Assembly (NCBI GenBank): GCA_951406725.2 | Contig: OX597826.1 | Span: 51,088,001-51,152,000 of the forward strand | Source: Octopus vulgaris | Taxonomy: Eukaryota | Reading direction: 5' to 3' | Length of the DNA stretch: 64,000 nucleotides | In this document: piece by piece, positions 12,359 to 25,689 of the stretch | Position numbering within the stretch: position 1 is the stretch's first letter | Layout: each line of letters starts with the position of its first letter | Position numbers and translations under genes: made by a program | Notes under the pieces: generated by a model | What the model was told of the DNA's origin: nothing | Seen by the model: the letters and a program-made list of their open reading frames with translations, nothing else | The model's database searches: none

Positions 12359-13282
12359 AATAATAATAATGATAATAATAATAATAATAATAATAACAAC
12401 GTACATTGTTGTGTACTCCACACTACATTTTGGCGGTGGACTTGAAGTGTTGTGCTACTTGGTGAAAGCTCACATTGGGGGCTTAGCAATAACAATTTCG
12501 CTAAGTTGGATCCGCCACACAAATACTTCGTGATGTCCTTCACTTCCATGTTAGTCATCTTGTGGAAGATCTTCCAATTTCTTTACCGTTTTTAAAGATA
12601 CTTCATTCTAGTATCTCAAAACCACTTCATTCAACCATTTAATATATAACTAAGGGAAGTAACTCGGTGAACCTATTATAAACAGCCTTCATGTCCATTG
12701 CCGAGAGCTTCGACAGAAGTCAAGTGACACAATAAAAGGCGTTGGCGAAATCGAGACATTCGCTCATGAGCAGCCAACTTTGATTTCAGGCGGTGTCTTC
12801 AAGAAATTCAATGAATCGGCAATTGCAGCTGGAATCAGGGATAAATTGAGGTTGTGTGGATTGAATAAGGTTACGAGAGTTTTAGAAGTTCCAGAGTGTC
12901 ACTCTCTGATACAGGACTCCACTAATTTGGCAATACACTTTATGAAACTAACTAAATGGTAATTGACAGATAATGTGCTGTTCAATTTATTTTTTGAACT
13001 ATAGAATAACACTGGCAATTTTCCCATTGTTTTGGGGTAAAATTGTTACCCAAAGACAAAATTGAAAAAGTAGTGAAAATGGGGCATAGAAAGGGCTTGC
13101 CGCGTTTGAAGCAGAAAAGCAACACTATCAAGAACAAAGAAGATATTTCAAATTCAATAAAACCTCCTCGATATGTGGAACTACAGAAATCCAGTTATTA
13201 ATGACTGTAGACCCTCAAAAAGACATTTCTCCGGCCAATATCACCAAAATATATAATACTACCCCCACATTCCGAGTATAAA

Positions 13283-13665
13283 TCTATATATATAAAGCTG
13301 AAGTTGTCTGTGTGTGGCAGGTTTGGTAGCCTTCAACTAACACTATCTCCTCCGAGACCCTGCAGCGCAAGTTGACCAAAATTGAGAGTTTGATAGAAGA
13401 AGGTTTGCTCTTCATTCCGTAGAAGATAAAATTCAAATCGGACCATGTTAAGACCAAAAATTATTTACATCAAAAAGGTGTAAAAAAATCCTTATTTTTT
13501 ACGTTTTTTTTTGACTGCTGTGTCGCCATTTTTCGGTGTATTTCAACCAGAAAAATGTTCACTTAAAGAGAATAACAAGCTACATAATGCAAAATTTTTA
13601 CTTTTCAAAAATTCCAATTCTAAAGGGTCGAAACAAACCCGAGCAACGCCGGGCGATATTGCTAG
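13283..13665 (+). mobile_element. Non-autonomous Helitron, ~383 bp
   Basis: Starts TC after A, ends CTAG before T. Subterminal hairpin CCCGAGCAACGCCGGG. No TSD. Second copy at 32948-33337. Confidence 0.85.
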
Positions 13666-14399
13666 TAATTATATATAAACCATAATATAAACCACGACCA
13701 ATAAAAAAGAAGCTCCAGCTACATGAATATATCGCAATACCCACTCAGAATTAATATTTCGTATAATATGAAGGTATTTGTGCATGCTTGAGATGGTATC
13801 ACAGTAGCACTGAAGATGGTACATCTGGTTCTCCAACAGTAGAAATATCAGCACATCACTCGGCAATAAGTTATGCATACTCTTTGGGATCATCAGTAAT
13901 CTGACATATGCGGGGATTGTGTATGTGTGTGTGACTCGTGCTTAAATATCTGCTCCTCAAACCGCTCGGCAAACGGTGTTGGTCTTTTTACATCCCGGTC
14001 ACATTTGAAATAAGTACCAGATTTTCACCTCCGTCTCCAAGAAAAAAAAAAACAAAAAACGATCGGGTTAGATTTGTTCGACTAAATCCTTCAAGCCTTT
14101 TGTAACTGCCTCAATATGTTGGCATACTACTCTCTGTTGATGATGTGACCTTTTAAAGTTAGTCAATATATACAACGCCTTTTGCATCCTTCAAAACTGA
14201 GGCCATCACCTTCCCTGTAGATGAAACAACTATGGTCATCCTTGGAGCAGAAGAGGAGGAGAGTTTCCACTGCATTGTCTCTTTATCTCGGGCTCAAAGT
14301 GATGAACCAAACACTCATCCTAGTTTAGCGTTCAAGGAAACCAACTGGATCTGATTCAGACAATGTCAGATTTTCCCGTGATGTGATCAGCCTGGTGCA

Positions 14400-14830
14400 C
14401 TTTTGATTAGGTGCCAGAAGGCGCAGCACCCACCAAACAGAGACCTTTATCATGCCAAGTTCATTGTGCAGAATATTCGCAACTCTCTCACAAGATATAG
14501 CATTGGATATTTGGTGTATGGTCTATCGCTCATCATCCGTTAGCAAGTGGTGAACTCGATCAATATTTTCCTCATCCAAACCATGAGTCATCTTCAGTGA
14601 TTCTCCGTTCCTCTCCTAAATTCAGCTGCCCACTTCTGCACTGTTGATGAAGCTAGAGTGTCATCTCCTAATCTAGCAACCATGTCAACACGAATGTCCT
14701 TTTTCTGCAGGTACCTGATAACACCACAATACGAAATTTTGTTCATTTTCAAGAGAAATCTATGCTAATTACTTTTGAGGTCCATTTACCTGGAAAGAAA
14801 CAATTAATTATTAATAAAAAGAGTTGATAT
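14400..14830 (-). mobile_element. Mariner transposase N-terminal remnant
   Basis: Minus strand reads DIRVDMVARLGDDTLASSTVQKWAAEFRRG, a mariner HTH-like segment, with stops and frameshifts. Confidence 0.65.
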
Positions 14831-16293
14831 CTTGCAAACAACTTGCACATGCAAGTGCTACCAGTTAAAAGCTCCGTATATCGGAAGCTAGCAAGTGTAT
14901 GGGGTCATCAGGAGAGAATGCGCGCCGTTTCGGGGCCTACCTCTCGACGGCATCAATGCGCACCGGCCCCCCTCACTGATATGAGGCCCCGCTTGCTAGA
15001 TCAGCTGGTTATGAAGAACTCAATATACTTCTAGCCATCGCTCATCGTCTCTTTTTAACCAAATCCAATGGCTAGCCTTCTCCACTGTAGATTGGATATC
15101 AGTCATGGTGGTATTGACTTTACGATGAGTTAAGCCTAACGATAACAACAGTCGTCTCACGCTGTGTCCTACAAACCCTCTACATCCGACTTCGATAGGA
15201 AAATGTTCCGCTTTCCAGCCTGCGTCTTCACATTCCTCGAGGAGGTTTTCATAACGGTTTAATTTTCGAAACTTTCATAGTACATCCTCATTATTTTGAT
15301 CACTTTGTCAGGAATGTGGAAGTGGTCCATGGCTGTTATTAGTAATTTGTGCAAGATTTCACAGTTACATTGACTATTTTTGGAAAATCCATTAATGTTA
15401 CAAATTGTTAACAGTCCATTGTCGTTAACTGCTACACAAGAAATGCTGCTGCTAACTTTTAGCTGTCAACCTGCGCTGGAACTCTCCATTGTTTGAAAAT
15501 TTTCCTCTTTTTGCAAAATAAGCGTGCATCAATGCTAACACGACCATGTTAAAAAAAAATCCGACTTTTTCTCAAAAAATCTTTCATTTTAGTTGTTGTA
15601 AACGTGAGAGGGCGCACAAGCCCCCAAATTGGAGAGTACAATGTACATAAATATTCAAGTAACTCTTTATATGTAAAGATCGGTAAATAACAAAATCACT
15701 AGAGAATCACGCAGAACGTTTTAAGTGGCACAGAGTTACATCCCTTCACACTCCAAACGATTTATACGTAGTTTGTTGTTATTTAACATTTTTGTTTTTA
15801 CTCATCTAACGACTGATAAAAGAGAATGAGTTATACACGGATTCTTATTTAATTAACACTCGATTACATCAAATATTGCCAACTTATGCCATTGTAGCCA
15901 ACGAATAAATCTAACCTTTGAATTAATGCTTAACTTACCCGTCTGTGACGTTTTCACTCACAATATAAGGGACACAACTCAAAACTTAGTAAAACTTACC
16001 TCCCCTGCAATACATGGTTGGATATATGCAAATATTTTGATGAACGTTTTCTCATGTTTCATCACCCCACCCACCTTAAAACCATGTGTGTGTGTGTGTG
16101 TGTTTATGTCTACATTTGTACCCTTCAAGGTGGTGCCCAGCATGGCTGCAGTTATATGACCGAAAGAAGTAAAAAGAGTAAAAGAGATAAGAAATAAAAG
16201 ATGTATACGTACGTATGCACGTGTGTATGTATGTATGTATGTATGTATGTATGTATGTATGTATGTATGTATGTATGTATGTATGTATGTATG

Positions 16294-16337
<44 letters not shown>

Positions 16338-16560
16338 CAGGCGCAATGGCCCAGTGGTTAGGGCAGTGGACTCGCGGTTGTAGGATCGTGGTTTCGATTC
16401 CCAGACTAGGTGTTGTGAATGTTTATTGAGCGAAAACACCTAAAGCTCCATGCGGCTCCGGCAGGGGGTGGTGGCGATCTCTGCTGTACTCTTTCGCCAC
16501 AACTTTCTCTCACTCTTTCTTCTGTTGGCCTGCTCGCTTAGCCAGCGGGGTGGCGTCTCC
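16338..16560 (+). mobile_element. SINE family C (tRNA-like head), truncated
   Basis: GGCGCAATGGCCCAGTGGTTAGG (A box) and GGTTTCGATTCC (B box). Near-identical copy at 63017. Confidence 0.85.
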
Positions 16561-16603
16561 GTAAAATATATATTTGTTTCTTTCTGTGTTTCTTTTCTGT
16601 GTA

Positions 16604-16641
16604 TCTTTCTGTTGAAGAGCGTAGGCTCGAAACGTAAAAGA
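16604..16641 (+). ncRNA. Minimal type I hammerhead ribozyme-like motif with core A6>U change
   Basis: TCTTT-CTGTTGA-A-GAGC GTAG GCTC-GAAA-CG-TA-AAAGA. Stems I and II pair; one core mismatch. Confidence 0.55.
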
Positions 16642-17267
16642 CTTCTTTTATTTATATTCCTGAGCGTCATACTAATACAATTGTTTGTTTGTATTCCACC
16701 TGCCTTTGTCCTTTGTTTACTTTCATAAAGCTTCCCGTTATATATATGTATAACGTTAGTAAATATTCAAACAAATACTCGTAAGGAAATTACTATTATT
16801 ATTACTATCCGTGGCAAATCCAAATAATTAATAACAACAACAATAATAACATTAGTGGTAGCAAGCGATATTAGCATTAAACAGCTATACAATAAAAAAT
16901 CATGATTATATTAGAGGGCACAAGAAGCACTATCTTGCTAGAAAGTGAAAGTAAAAATTCATAACCACCAATCTCACTGAAAATATGTAACGGACCAACA
17001 CGAATCGGACAAACGAGCGGAATTTAACATACTATCTCAGCTAAAAAGCTGGAGAATGAGGTAACAGATATACCTGGATCATGGTTTCGAATTCTGGCTA
17101 GCACCTCAAATCTCCTCAGCAAGTCTCTCTACCTAAAAGGAAAAATCCATCACGGCTATTTGTAATCCGTTACATTTTGAATAATCTCGCGCCAAATTCA
17201 AAACAACAACATACATACATACATACATACATACATACATACATACATACATACATACATACATACA

Positions 17268-17332
<65 letters not shown>

Positions 17333-17334
<2 letters not shown>

Positions 17335-17522
17335 TTTTATACTTTTCCTTGTCTCAGTTATTTGATTGCGGCCATGCTGGAGCACAGCCTTTAGTTGAAC
17401 AAATCGACCGCAGAAATTATGCTTCGTAAGCCTAGTATTGATACTTATATCGGTTACTTTTGCGGAACCGCTAATGTACGGGGACGTAAACACACCAACA
17501 TCGGTTGTCAAGCGATGGTGGA

Positions 17523-17567
<45 letters not shown>

Positions 17568-17993
17568 TATATACATACGACGGGCTTCTTTTCAGTCTCC
17601 GTCTACCAAATCCACTCACCAGGCTTTGGTCGGCCCGAGGCTATAGTGGAAGACACATAAGGCGGCGAGCTGGCAGAAACGTTAGCACGCCGGGCGAAAT
17701 GCTTAGCGGTATTTCGTCTGCCGTTACGTTCTGAGTTCAAATTCCGCCGAGGTCGTCTTTGCCTTTCATCCTTTCGGGGTCGATAAATTAAGTACCAGTT
17801 ACGTACTGGGGTCGATGTGATCGACTTAATCCGTTTGTCTATCCTTGTTTGTCCTCTCTATGTTTAGCCCCTTGTGGGTAGTAAAGAAACATATAGTAGA
17901 AGACACTTGCCCAAAATGCCACGTAGTGGGACTGAACGCGGAACCATGTGATTGGGAATCAAGCTTCTTACCATACAGCCATTCCTGCGCCTA
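17333..17993 (-). mobile_element. SINE family A interrupted by a nested family B SINE
   Basis: Family A runs to ~17656 and resumes at ~17892, with TATAGT(G/A)GAAGACAC duplicated at both junctions. Confidence 0.85.
17660..17890 (+). mobile_element. SINE family B, nested copy
   Basis: GGCGGCGAGCTGGCAGAAACGTTAGC...GTAGTAAAGAAA. Confidence 0.9.
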
Positions 17994-18000
17994 AATACAC

Positions 18001-18092
<92 letters not shown>

Positions 18093-18099
18093 ACACACA

Positions 18100-18160
<61 letters not shown>

Positions 18161-18508
18161 ATGAAGTTTCACGGGATAAATAAAAAACCAGGTTACCATC
18201 CCATTAACACTTCATGTAAGAGAGCCTGGTATAGAATAACAAATGTTCGTTCACTGAAAATGTAACATTAATTTGAATTTCTCTTTTCCCCAAATTTTCA
18301 AATTTAACATATATATTATATATTATAGAATGTAATTACGGCAAATGCCAGCTGTTTCCTCTTGGAGCACATCTGCTTATTCCATTATCATAATTCAGCA
18401 CGTGGCAACAGTTGCTGTTCTATGTTAATCAAAATATATATTAAGATTGAGAATTATGGAAATATTTGTGAGGTTATTTTATAACAGAAGCAAGTGAAAA
18501 CCTTTTGG

Positions 18509-18549
<41 letters not shown>

Positions 18550-18775
18550 AAATAAGAAAATGGAGAAATATATCTAAATCAATCATCAACTGTCAGATAA
18601 TACCGAATCATATACTTTATTAAAACACTACACAATAGCAATGATATTATACATTAATACAGTACAATAATTACAATCAATATGGTGAGATATGTATTAG
18701 CTTTGTTGGGTACTTCTCTAGCAGTATATTGGATATATGTTATCCCATGGAGGGTTGAATTTACAACCCCTATCT

Positions 18776-18833
<58 letters not shown>

Positions 18834-19377
18834 CTGTCTGTCAGTCTATCTTTTTGTCTGTCTGTCTTTGTGTCTGTTCGTCCCCACCACCGTTTGCTAC
18901 TGGTGATTGTTTGTTTACATCTCCATAACATAGCGGTTCGGCAATAAGAGACGATGGAAAAAAAATAGAAAAAACATTCACCTAAACTGATTCACGTTGG
19001 AAAATTAAATAACTCGACAAAAAAAAAAACAACAACAAAAAAAAACCGAAAATCTTGTGCAACTTACGAAAATCGTAAAATATGGAAGACTTTTTAGCTG
19101 GGGTCATCATTGTTCAACCGTGGTCGAGACAATGGAATTTACCATGCTACGCCAGACTTCACGGTCCATCATGGCATTACGGAGGTCCTGTTGCTGGATG
19201 CCTGTATCCCTGGAGATTACATCAGGGTAGGAGAGTGTGCGCCCTCTGGTATTGCGAGTAGATGGCTTCCAGAGGAGAAGAATAGCTGGGGTAAGTTGAG
19301 TTGCAAAAACTGCAACAACAACAACTCAAGGAACAACGAGAACAGTAACAAGCAGCAAATGTTTACAACTAACGAAG

Positions 19378-19683
19378 TTGATAATCAAACCAGAGAATAC
19401 ATTTTCGCCTGACCATGTAAGGAATTCCATAAGCGAATTCAAATATGACACTGAAGAAGGAGTAATCTTCGAGGTTTTCTTTCGAAGATTTGAACAAATT
19501 TTTGAAAAAGAATGTCAGGATTGGACGGGCGAAATGAAAACGCTTCTAGTTTTAAGAAAACTAGCGACAGCAGAGCATGAAAAGTATAGTAACTTTATAT
19601 TGCTAAAAAAAAAGCATCCGACACAAAATTTCACTGACACAGTTGATATTTTGTGCAAAATGTTTAGTGAAAAGAGCTCACTG
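19378..19683 (+). mobile_element. Gypsy-type LTR retrotransposon gag fragment
   Basis: [27 protein letters not shown]...[17 protein letters not shown]...F.DTVDIL.KMF, typical of invertebrate Gypsy gag N-termini. Truncated at a (TA)n tract. Confidence 0.75.
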
Positions 19684-19790
<107 letters not shown>

Positions 19791-19823
19791 TATATATATG
19801 TGAATGTATATATATATATGTGA

Positions 19824-19860
<37 letters not shown>

Positions 19861-20197
19861 CACATACATATTTATGTATATATATCTGTGTGTGTGTGTG
19901 TGTGTATATATATATGTGTGTGTGTGTGTGTATACTTACACGCGTTGGTTAAGAATGCTCATTATGAGAAAAATATGCTTTTTCATATTGAAACTGAAAT
20001 TGAGCGTTTATCTCACTACTCGAGTTTCCCGCCACTGCGAACTTCTGGCGAGAGCAGTGACATGAAAGGTGTAAAACTATAGTCGCGAGACAAACTCTCA
20101 ATATTAGTTACAGTAATATAGACTATGTGACTATGTGTGTTTCTGTGTGTCTACGTTTGTAGTTGTCTATAAAATAGAAGATTAAGTCACTTACATA

Positions 20198-20360
20198 TGG
20201 AGACGCATGGACTCATGATCGTTAGATTGTGGTTTTGATTCATAGACTGGGTGATGCATGTGTTCTTGAGCAAAGCAGTTTATTTCTTGTTATTCCAGTC
20301 GACTGAGCTGGCAAAAAGAATAAAATGGTGAAGTCGCGAAAGGCTTGCCAACCGGCGATG
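20198..20360 (+). mobile_element. SINE family C-like, degenerate
   Basis: ggagacgcatggactc...ggttttgattc...cttgagcaaagca. Confidence 0.45.
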
Positions 20361-20628
20361 AACAGTAGATATGCCCAAAAAGAAAAACCCAAACAAACAG
20401 AAGGGAGCTCCTGAACTGACGGGCCTTAGGCCTATCCTAGTGTTGGGTATTACCTTTTTAGTCACTTTCAATTATTATGTGTTTGAATTCTCTACCCAGT
20501 GGTTGATGCATAGTGGGATCGAACCCAGAACCAATTGGCTACATTGTTACGTCCTTAAGAAAGCAGTCATGTACGAAAAAAAAAAAGACACCCTTATATA
20601 ATTTTGCCCCCAAACGACTCTAAATGAC

Positions 20629-21080
20629 GGATCTTTTCGGTTTGAACGGCAGTTTTTAACATAATTTCTAGGAAACTAAAAAATTTTAAACTTCGTATAC
20701 TGGTAGAATGTGTTTATAAAACATCTTTTTCTCTTGGCTTTATTGAGAAAATTCTATAGTTTGTAAGATATTTGTTGTTTTTTTTCTTCAATTTCTGCAA
20801 TTTCAATCAATCAATGACGTCTATTGAGGGGAAAGCATTCTGTGCCGTATGAATATGTCCCTCGTTTAAGAAACAGATTGGGTTTATTTACATTTGTTAA
20901 GAAAAAAAGATACCCTTCCCCCCACCCCTAACCCTAACCTTAACTAACCCCAAATAACCCTAACTAACCCTAACCCTAAAACAGATTGAAATGCAATAGA
21001 TCGATACTAGAGTCATAATTATGGGTGACAATTTCACATGACACCGCTAGAAAAAACTGCCGTTCAAACCGAAAAGATCC
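20629..21080. mobile_element. MITE with 29-bp TIRs and 8-bp TSD (Merlin- or hAT-like)
   Basis: TIR GGATCTTTTCGGTTTGAACGGCAGTTTTT and its exact reverse complement. TSD TAAATGAC at 20621-20628 and 21081-21088. Confidence 0.92.
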
Positions 21081-21781
21081 TAAATGACTTATAACTAATT
21101 CGAAACTGCAACTCTCCAGTTAATACTCTCCTCTGATACTAAGATATAAATTAATCGCTTTTCATATTGATCACTTCACAAACTTTGATCATGTGAGGCA
21201 ATGGAAAAGGAAATAAACCAAAAAAACCCCAAAAAACAAAAAAACAAAAAACCCCAAAACAAACAAAGCCTACAGTTCGAGATTTTAACTTCGGCGATTT
21301 AAGTCACTTGTTTGAACTTCTACAGTGACAAGTGATTTTCTTAGTATCGATTACCATATTGCTTTCCAAAATAGTTTTTATGATCTTTAAAAGCGTTGAT
21401 TTAGCCTTTTGGTTAACTTATTGATTAAATATAATATGACTTTTTCCTGCTAGTTTTAGATGCTCGTTTCGGAAGTGTTTGTGTGGAGTCTATTATATAA
21501 TGAAATGAAGCTTGCTGAACACTGTCTTGAATTTCTGCTTAATTTTAGTATGCATGTTACATTTGTAAAGTATTTTAAGAAATTGCCAAATTTCGTTGAG
21601 AAAGAATTCGCTCTGTTCTATATTTAGTTTCCTTCTTAACCTAGCAGAATTTCTATATTTAGCTTCTTCCTTAACTCGGGTGCGTGTTAGTGTAATGTGT
21701 GGTGTTTGTGTGTGTGTATATATATACACACACACACAAACACACACACACACACACGCACACATATATGCATATACCACA

Positions 21782-21826
<45 letters not shown>

Positions 21827-21858
21827 GCAGATATACATATGTATACATACATACATAT

Positions 21859-21891
<33 letters not shown>

Positions 21892-21972
21892 ACTATACAT
21901 ACATATATATATGCATATACCTATATACATGTACATATATACTTATGCATATATATATATATTACACACGCA

Positions 21973-22040
<68 letters not shown>

Positions 22041-22349
22041 TATTACTTACATACACACACAACTCCCCTCTACACACACTCGCACATCATGTGTGTATCT
22101 GACATTTATATCTTCGGAACTACAGAAACTGTAGCTCTGATAATGAGAAAGGTGGGAAGTATTTGGCTTTTAAAATTCATGAGCTAATGACTATCTGTCT
22201 GTCTGTCTCTCCTTCTCACACACATACATATAGCCCAGACAAGCAATATTGTGAGACTGCCTCAATGATTTCTTTAAAAATTGTCTGCAAATCGTCTGGT
22301 CAAAAAGATCTTGTATTGTCTTAGTGTATAGAAACGTTGTTACTTCTGT

Positions 22350-22955
22350 TCTTTCTTATTTCTTTATTGCCCACAAGGGGCAAAATATAGAGGGGACAAA
22401 TAAGGACAAACAAAGGGGTTAAGTCGATTATTTCGACCCCAGTGCGTAACTGGTACTTATTTCATCGACCCCGAAAGGATGAAAGGCAAAGTTGACCTCG
22501 GCGGAATTTGAACTTAGAACGTAACGACAGACGAAATACCCATTTCTTTACTACCCACAAGGGGCTAAACACAGAGAGGGAAAACAAGGACAGACAAACG
22601 GATTAAGTCGATTACATCGACCCCAGTGTGTAACTGGTATTTAATTTATCATCCATGAAAGGATGAAAGGCAAAGTCGACCTCGGCGGAATTTGAACTCA
22701 GAACGTAGCGGCAGACGAAATACCTATTTCTTTATTACCAACAAGGGGCTAAACATAGAGGGGACAAACAAGGACAGGCATAGGTATTAAGTGGATTACA
22801 TCGACTCCAGTGCATAAATGGTACTTATTTAATCGACCCCGAAAGGATGAAAGTCAAAGTCGACCTCGGCGGAATTTGAACTCAGAACGTAACGGCAGAC
22901 GAAATACCGCTAAGCATTTCGCCCGGCGTGCTAACGTTTCTGCCAGCTCACCGCC
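22350..22955 (-). mobile_element. SINE family B, head plus three tandem body units
   Basis: Repeated ~185-bp unit (cccacaagggg...gtcgacctcggcggaatttgaactc...gacgaaatacc), one tRNA-like head at ~22955. Confidence 0.9.
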
Positions 22956-23493
22956 TTTCTGCCAGCTCGTCGCCTTGTTACTTCTGTTCTGTAAGGAGAG
23001 GGAATGTTTATGGTAATAAGAATACGAATGCAGCCTTTCTGTGTATTGTGTGAAATATCATTCTGTTGGTTGATTCCGCAAATTTAATGTTATTCGTTTT
23101 TATGGAGGATAACTTCGGAGTACACTTTTGCCACCATAGACGATATCAGAAAATATGGAATACCTACAATAATAATAATTCAACTTTTATCACTTTTCTT
23201 GGTACTTGTACCAAGTGATGAAATAAATAATAATGTCCAAAAGAAAAAAAAAAATTATTACCTTAAAATAAAGTTAAGCAAATTTCCAAATTTCATTCAC
23301 ATCTTCTCTTCCCTTCCCCCGCCTCTGTGATTCTTTCTCTTCAATTATGTAGGTATAGAGTTTTTTTTACTCATTGCCTGTCACTAAGCGTAGTACATGC
23401 ACCCATCCTGAACTCTTTATGCTAATTGTCTCTTTAGCCTTCTCCTCTCCTCTCTCCATACGATGTAACAGATGGCTGGAGAAATAAATCAAC

Positions 23494-24060
23494 TAGGCGC
23501 AGGTATGGCTGTGTGGTAAGGAATTTGGTTCTCAACCATATGGTTCTGGGATCGATACCACTGCGTGGCACCTTGGGCAAGTGTCTTCTACTATAGCCTC
23601 GGGTCGACCAAAGCCTTGTGAGTGGATTTGTTTGACGGAAACTGAAAAAAACTCATCGTATGTGTGTGTGTGTGTGTGTGTGTGTGTCTCCCTCACCACT
23701 TGACAACCAGTGTTGGTGTATTTACCTCCCCGCAACTTAGCAGTTCGGTAAAAGTGACCGATAGGCGTGGGCGTGGCTGCACGATAAGAAGTTTGCCTCC
23801 CTACCATATGGTTCCAGGTTTAGTGGCACGATGAACAAGTGTCTTCTAAAATAGTCCCGTGACGACCAAAACTTTGTGAGTAGATTTCGTAGACAGAAAC
23901 CGAAAGAAATCCAGTCGTGTGTGTGAGTATAAGTGTGTCTTCGTGTTTGTTCCAAGCACTGTTTAACAACCGATGTTGGTTTGTTTACGTCCCTGTAACT
24001 ACTTATAAGCACCAGACTTCAAAAATGAATATTGAGGTCGATTTGTTCCCCTAAACATTA
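23494..24060 (+). mobile_element. Two tandem SINE family A copies
   Basis: Heads AGGCGCAGGTATGGCTGTGTGG (~23494) and AGGCGTGGGCGTGGCTG (~23763). Confidence 0.8.
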
Positions 24061-24067
24061 AAGGTTT

Positions 24068-24468
24068 ATTCTTTTACTTTTTTCAATCATTTGACTGCGT
24101 CCATGCTGGAGCACCGCCTTTAGTCGAGGAAATCGACCCCAGGACTTATTCTTTGTAAGCCTAATACTTATTCTATCGGTCTCTTTTTGCCGAACCACTA
24201 AGTGACGGGGACGTAAACGCACCAGCATCGGTCGTCAAGCGATGTTGGTGGAGGGGGGGGACAAACACAAACACTGAAACACACACACATATATATATAC
24301 ATATACATATATACGACGGGCTTCTTTCAGTTTCCGCCTACCAAATCCACTCACAAAGCTTTGGTCGGCCCGAGAAGATACTTGCCCAAAGTGCCACGCA
24401 GTGGGACTGAACGCGGAACTACGTGGTTGGTAATCAAGCTACTTACCACACAGCCACTCCTGCGCCTA
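24068..24468 (-). mobile_element. SINE family A, near full length, inverted relative to its neighbours
   Basis: Tail-to-head match with 1277-1664. Confidence 0.9.
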
Positions 24469-25182
24469 GTTGATGCAAATAAAAAGTAGACAAAATATAT
24501 ACACCTTTAGGCGGTATCCCAATTTTTAACTACAAATCTGGTAGTTTTTGTTTGTTTAGTTTAAGATCAACCTTTCTGTCTCCTCACTCTACAATTATAT
24601 ATTTAAAATCATTAGAACAAAGGATTAAGTATCCAAGTTACCAAGAGGAGGTTCTGACAGCTTTCATTATATTCACTGAGGAGATTCAATAAGGCAAAAG
24701 CATGATCAGAGTTGTCTCCTACACTTTACTAATATTGTCTTTTTCTTACTGCGGCTATTTTGAATTTGATATTATTTATAACGATCGTTGCATTAATCAT
24801 GTTAATACTAAATCATTTATTGTTTTCCTTATGGATGACGTCTCAGAGTAGTTACTCCGAGTAATTAATTTACTAATTATCTCCCATCCTACTGCTCTTG
24901 ATTTTACAAGCTCTAAGGTAATAATAGGACTATTAATAACAGAACTTTAATACACATTACTAAGTTGTTTATTACCTTCTTGTTCTTTATCTATATGCGT
25001 GCATGTGTATATGTTACCCGAGAATTATATTGAGGGTACACGAGTCCGTGAAATAGTCAAGCAATTTGCTTACAAATTCAACGAGAAGGCAGTCCTGTTG
25101 ATTGAACTATTGGAATAGTCATCGTCGAAACCGACGAAAATCAGTTTAGTTTATTTACTTGTGAGTGTGGGGATGGGTTTGT

Positions 25183-25235
<53 letters not shown>

Positions 25236-25403
25236 ACAAATATCTTGTCATCTTCATGTTCTGACATTTGATGTCAATATCTAACGTTTCGTACGTCAGT
25301 GTGTGACTTTGTGTTGCTTCAGCAGCCAACAACGAAATTAATGAATTCACATGAGGCAGAGGAGCTTGTTAGCTGGTGAAACATACAGACAGAGCTAGTG
25401 AGA

Positions 25404-25503
<100 letters not shown>

Positions 25504-25689
25504 CAGAGAAAAATGCATGGATATAATTAGGATTGCACCTGTGTGATTACTGAAATGAAGAGATCTTTTAGTGTCTAATAATCTATTAACGTATAGTGAT
25601 GAACTGTCAGAATCGGTAGAGCGCCAGAACGTCAAATGCTTCATCGTTTTTAATGATATCATCTTACGTTTGGTGTTCAAATCGTCAGC

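Noticed and set aside
14895-14990. Hammerhead on the minus strand (GAAAC and CTGATGA close together)
   Set aside because: Required stems do not pair in any topology.
16338-16410. tRNA gene (also 63017-63090)
   Set aside because: tRNA-like head continues into a shared SINE body; no proper acceptor stem.
20926-20979. True telomere or chromosome fusion site
   Set aside because: Short, degenerate and internal to a MITE.
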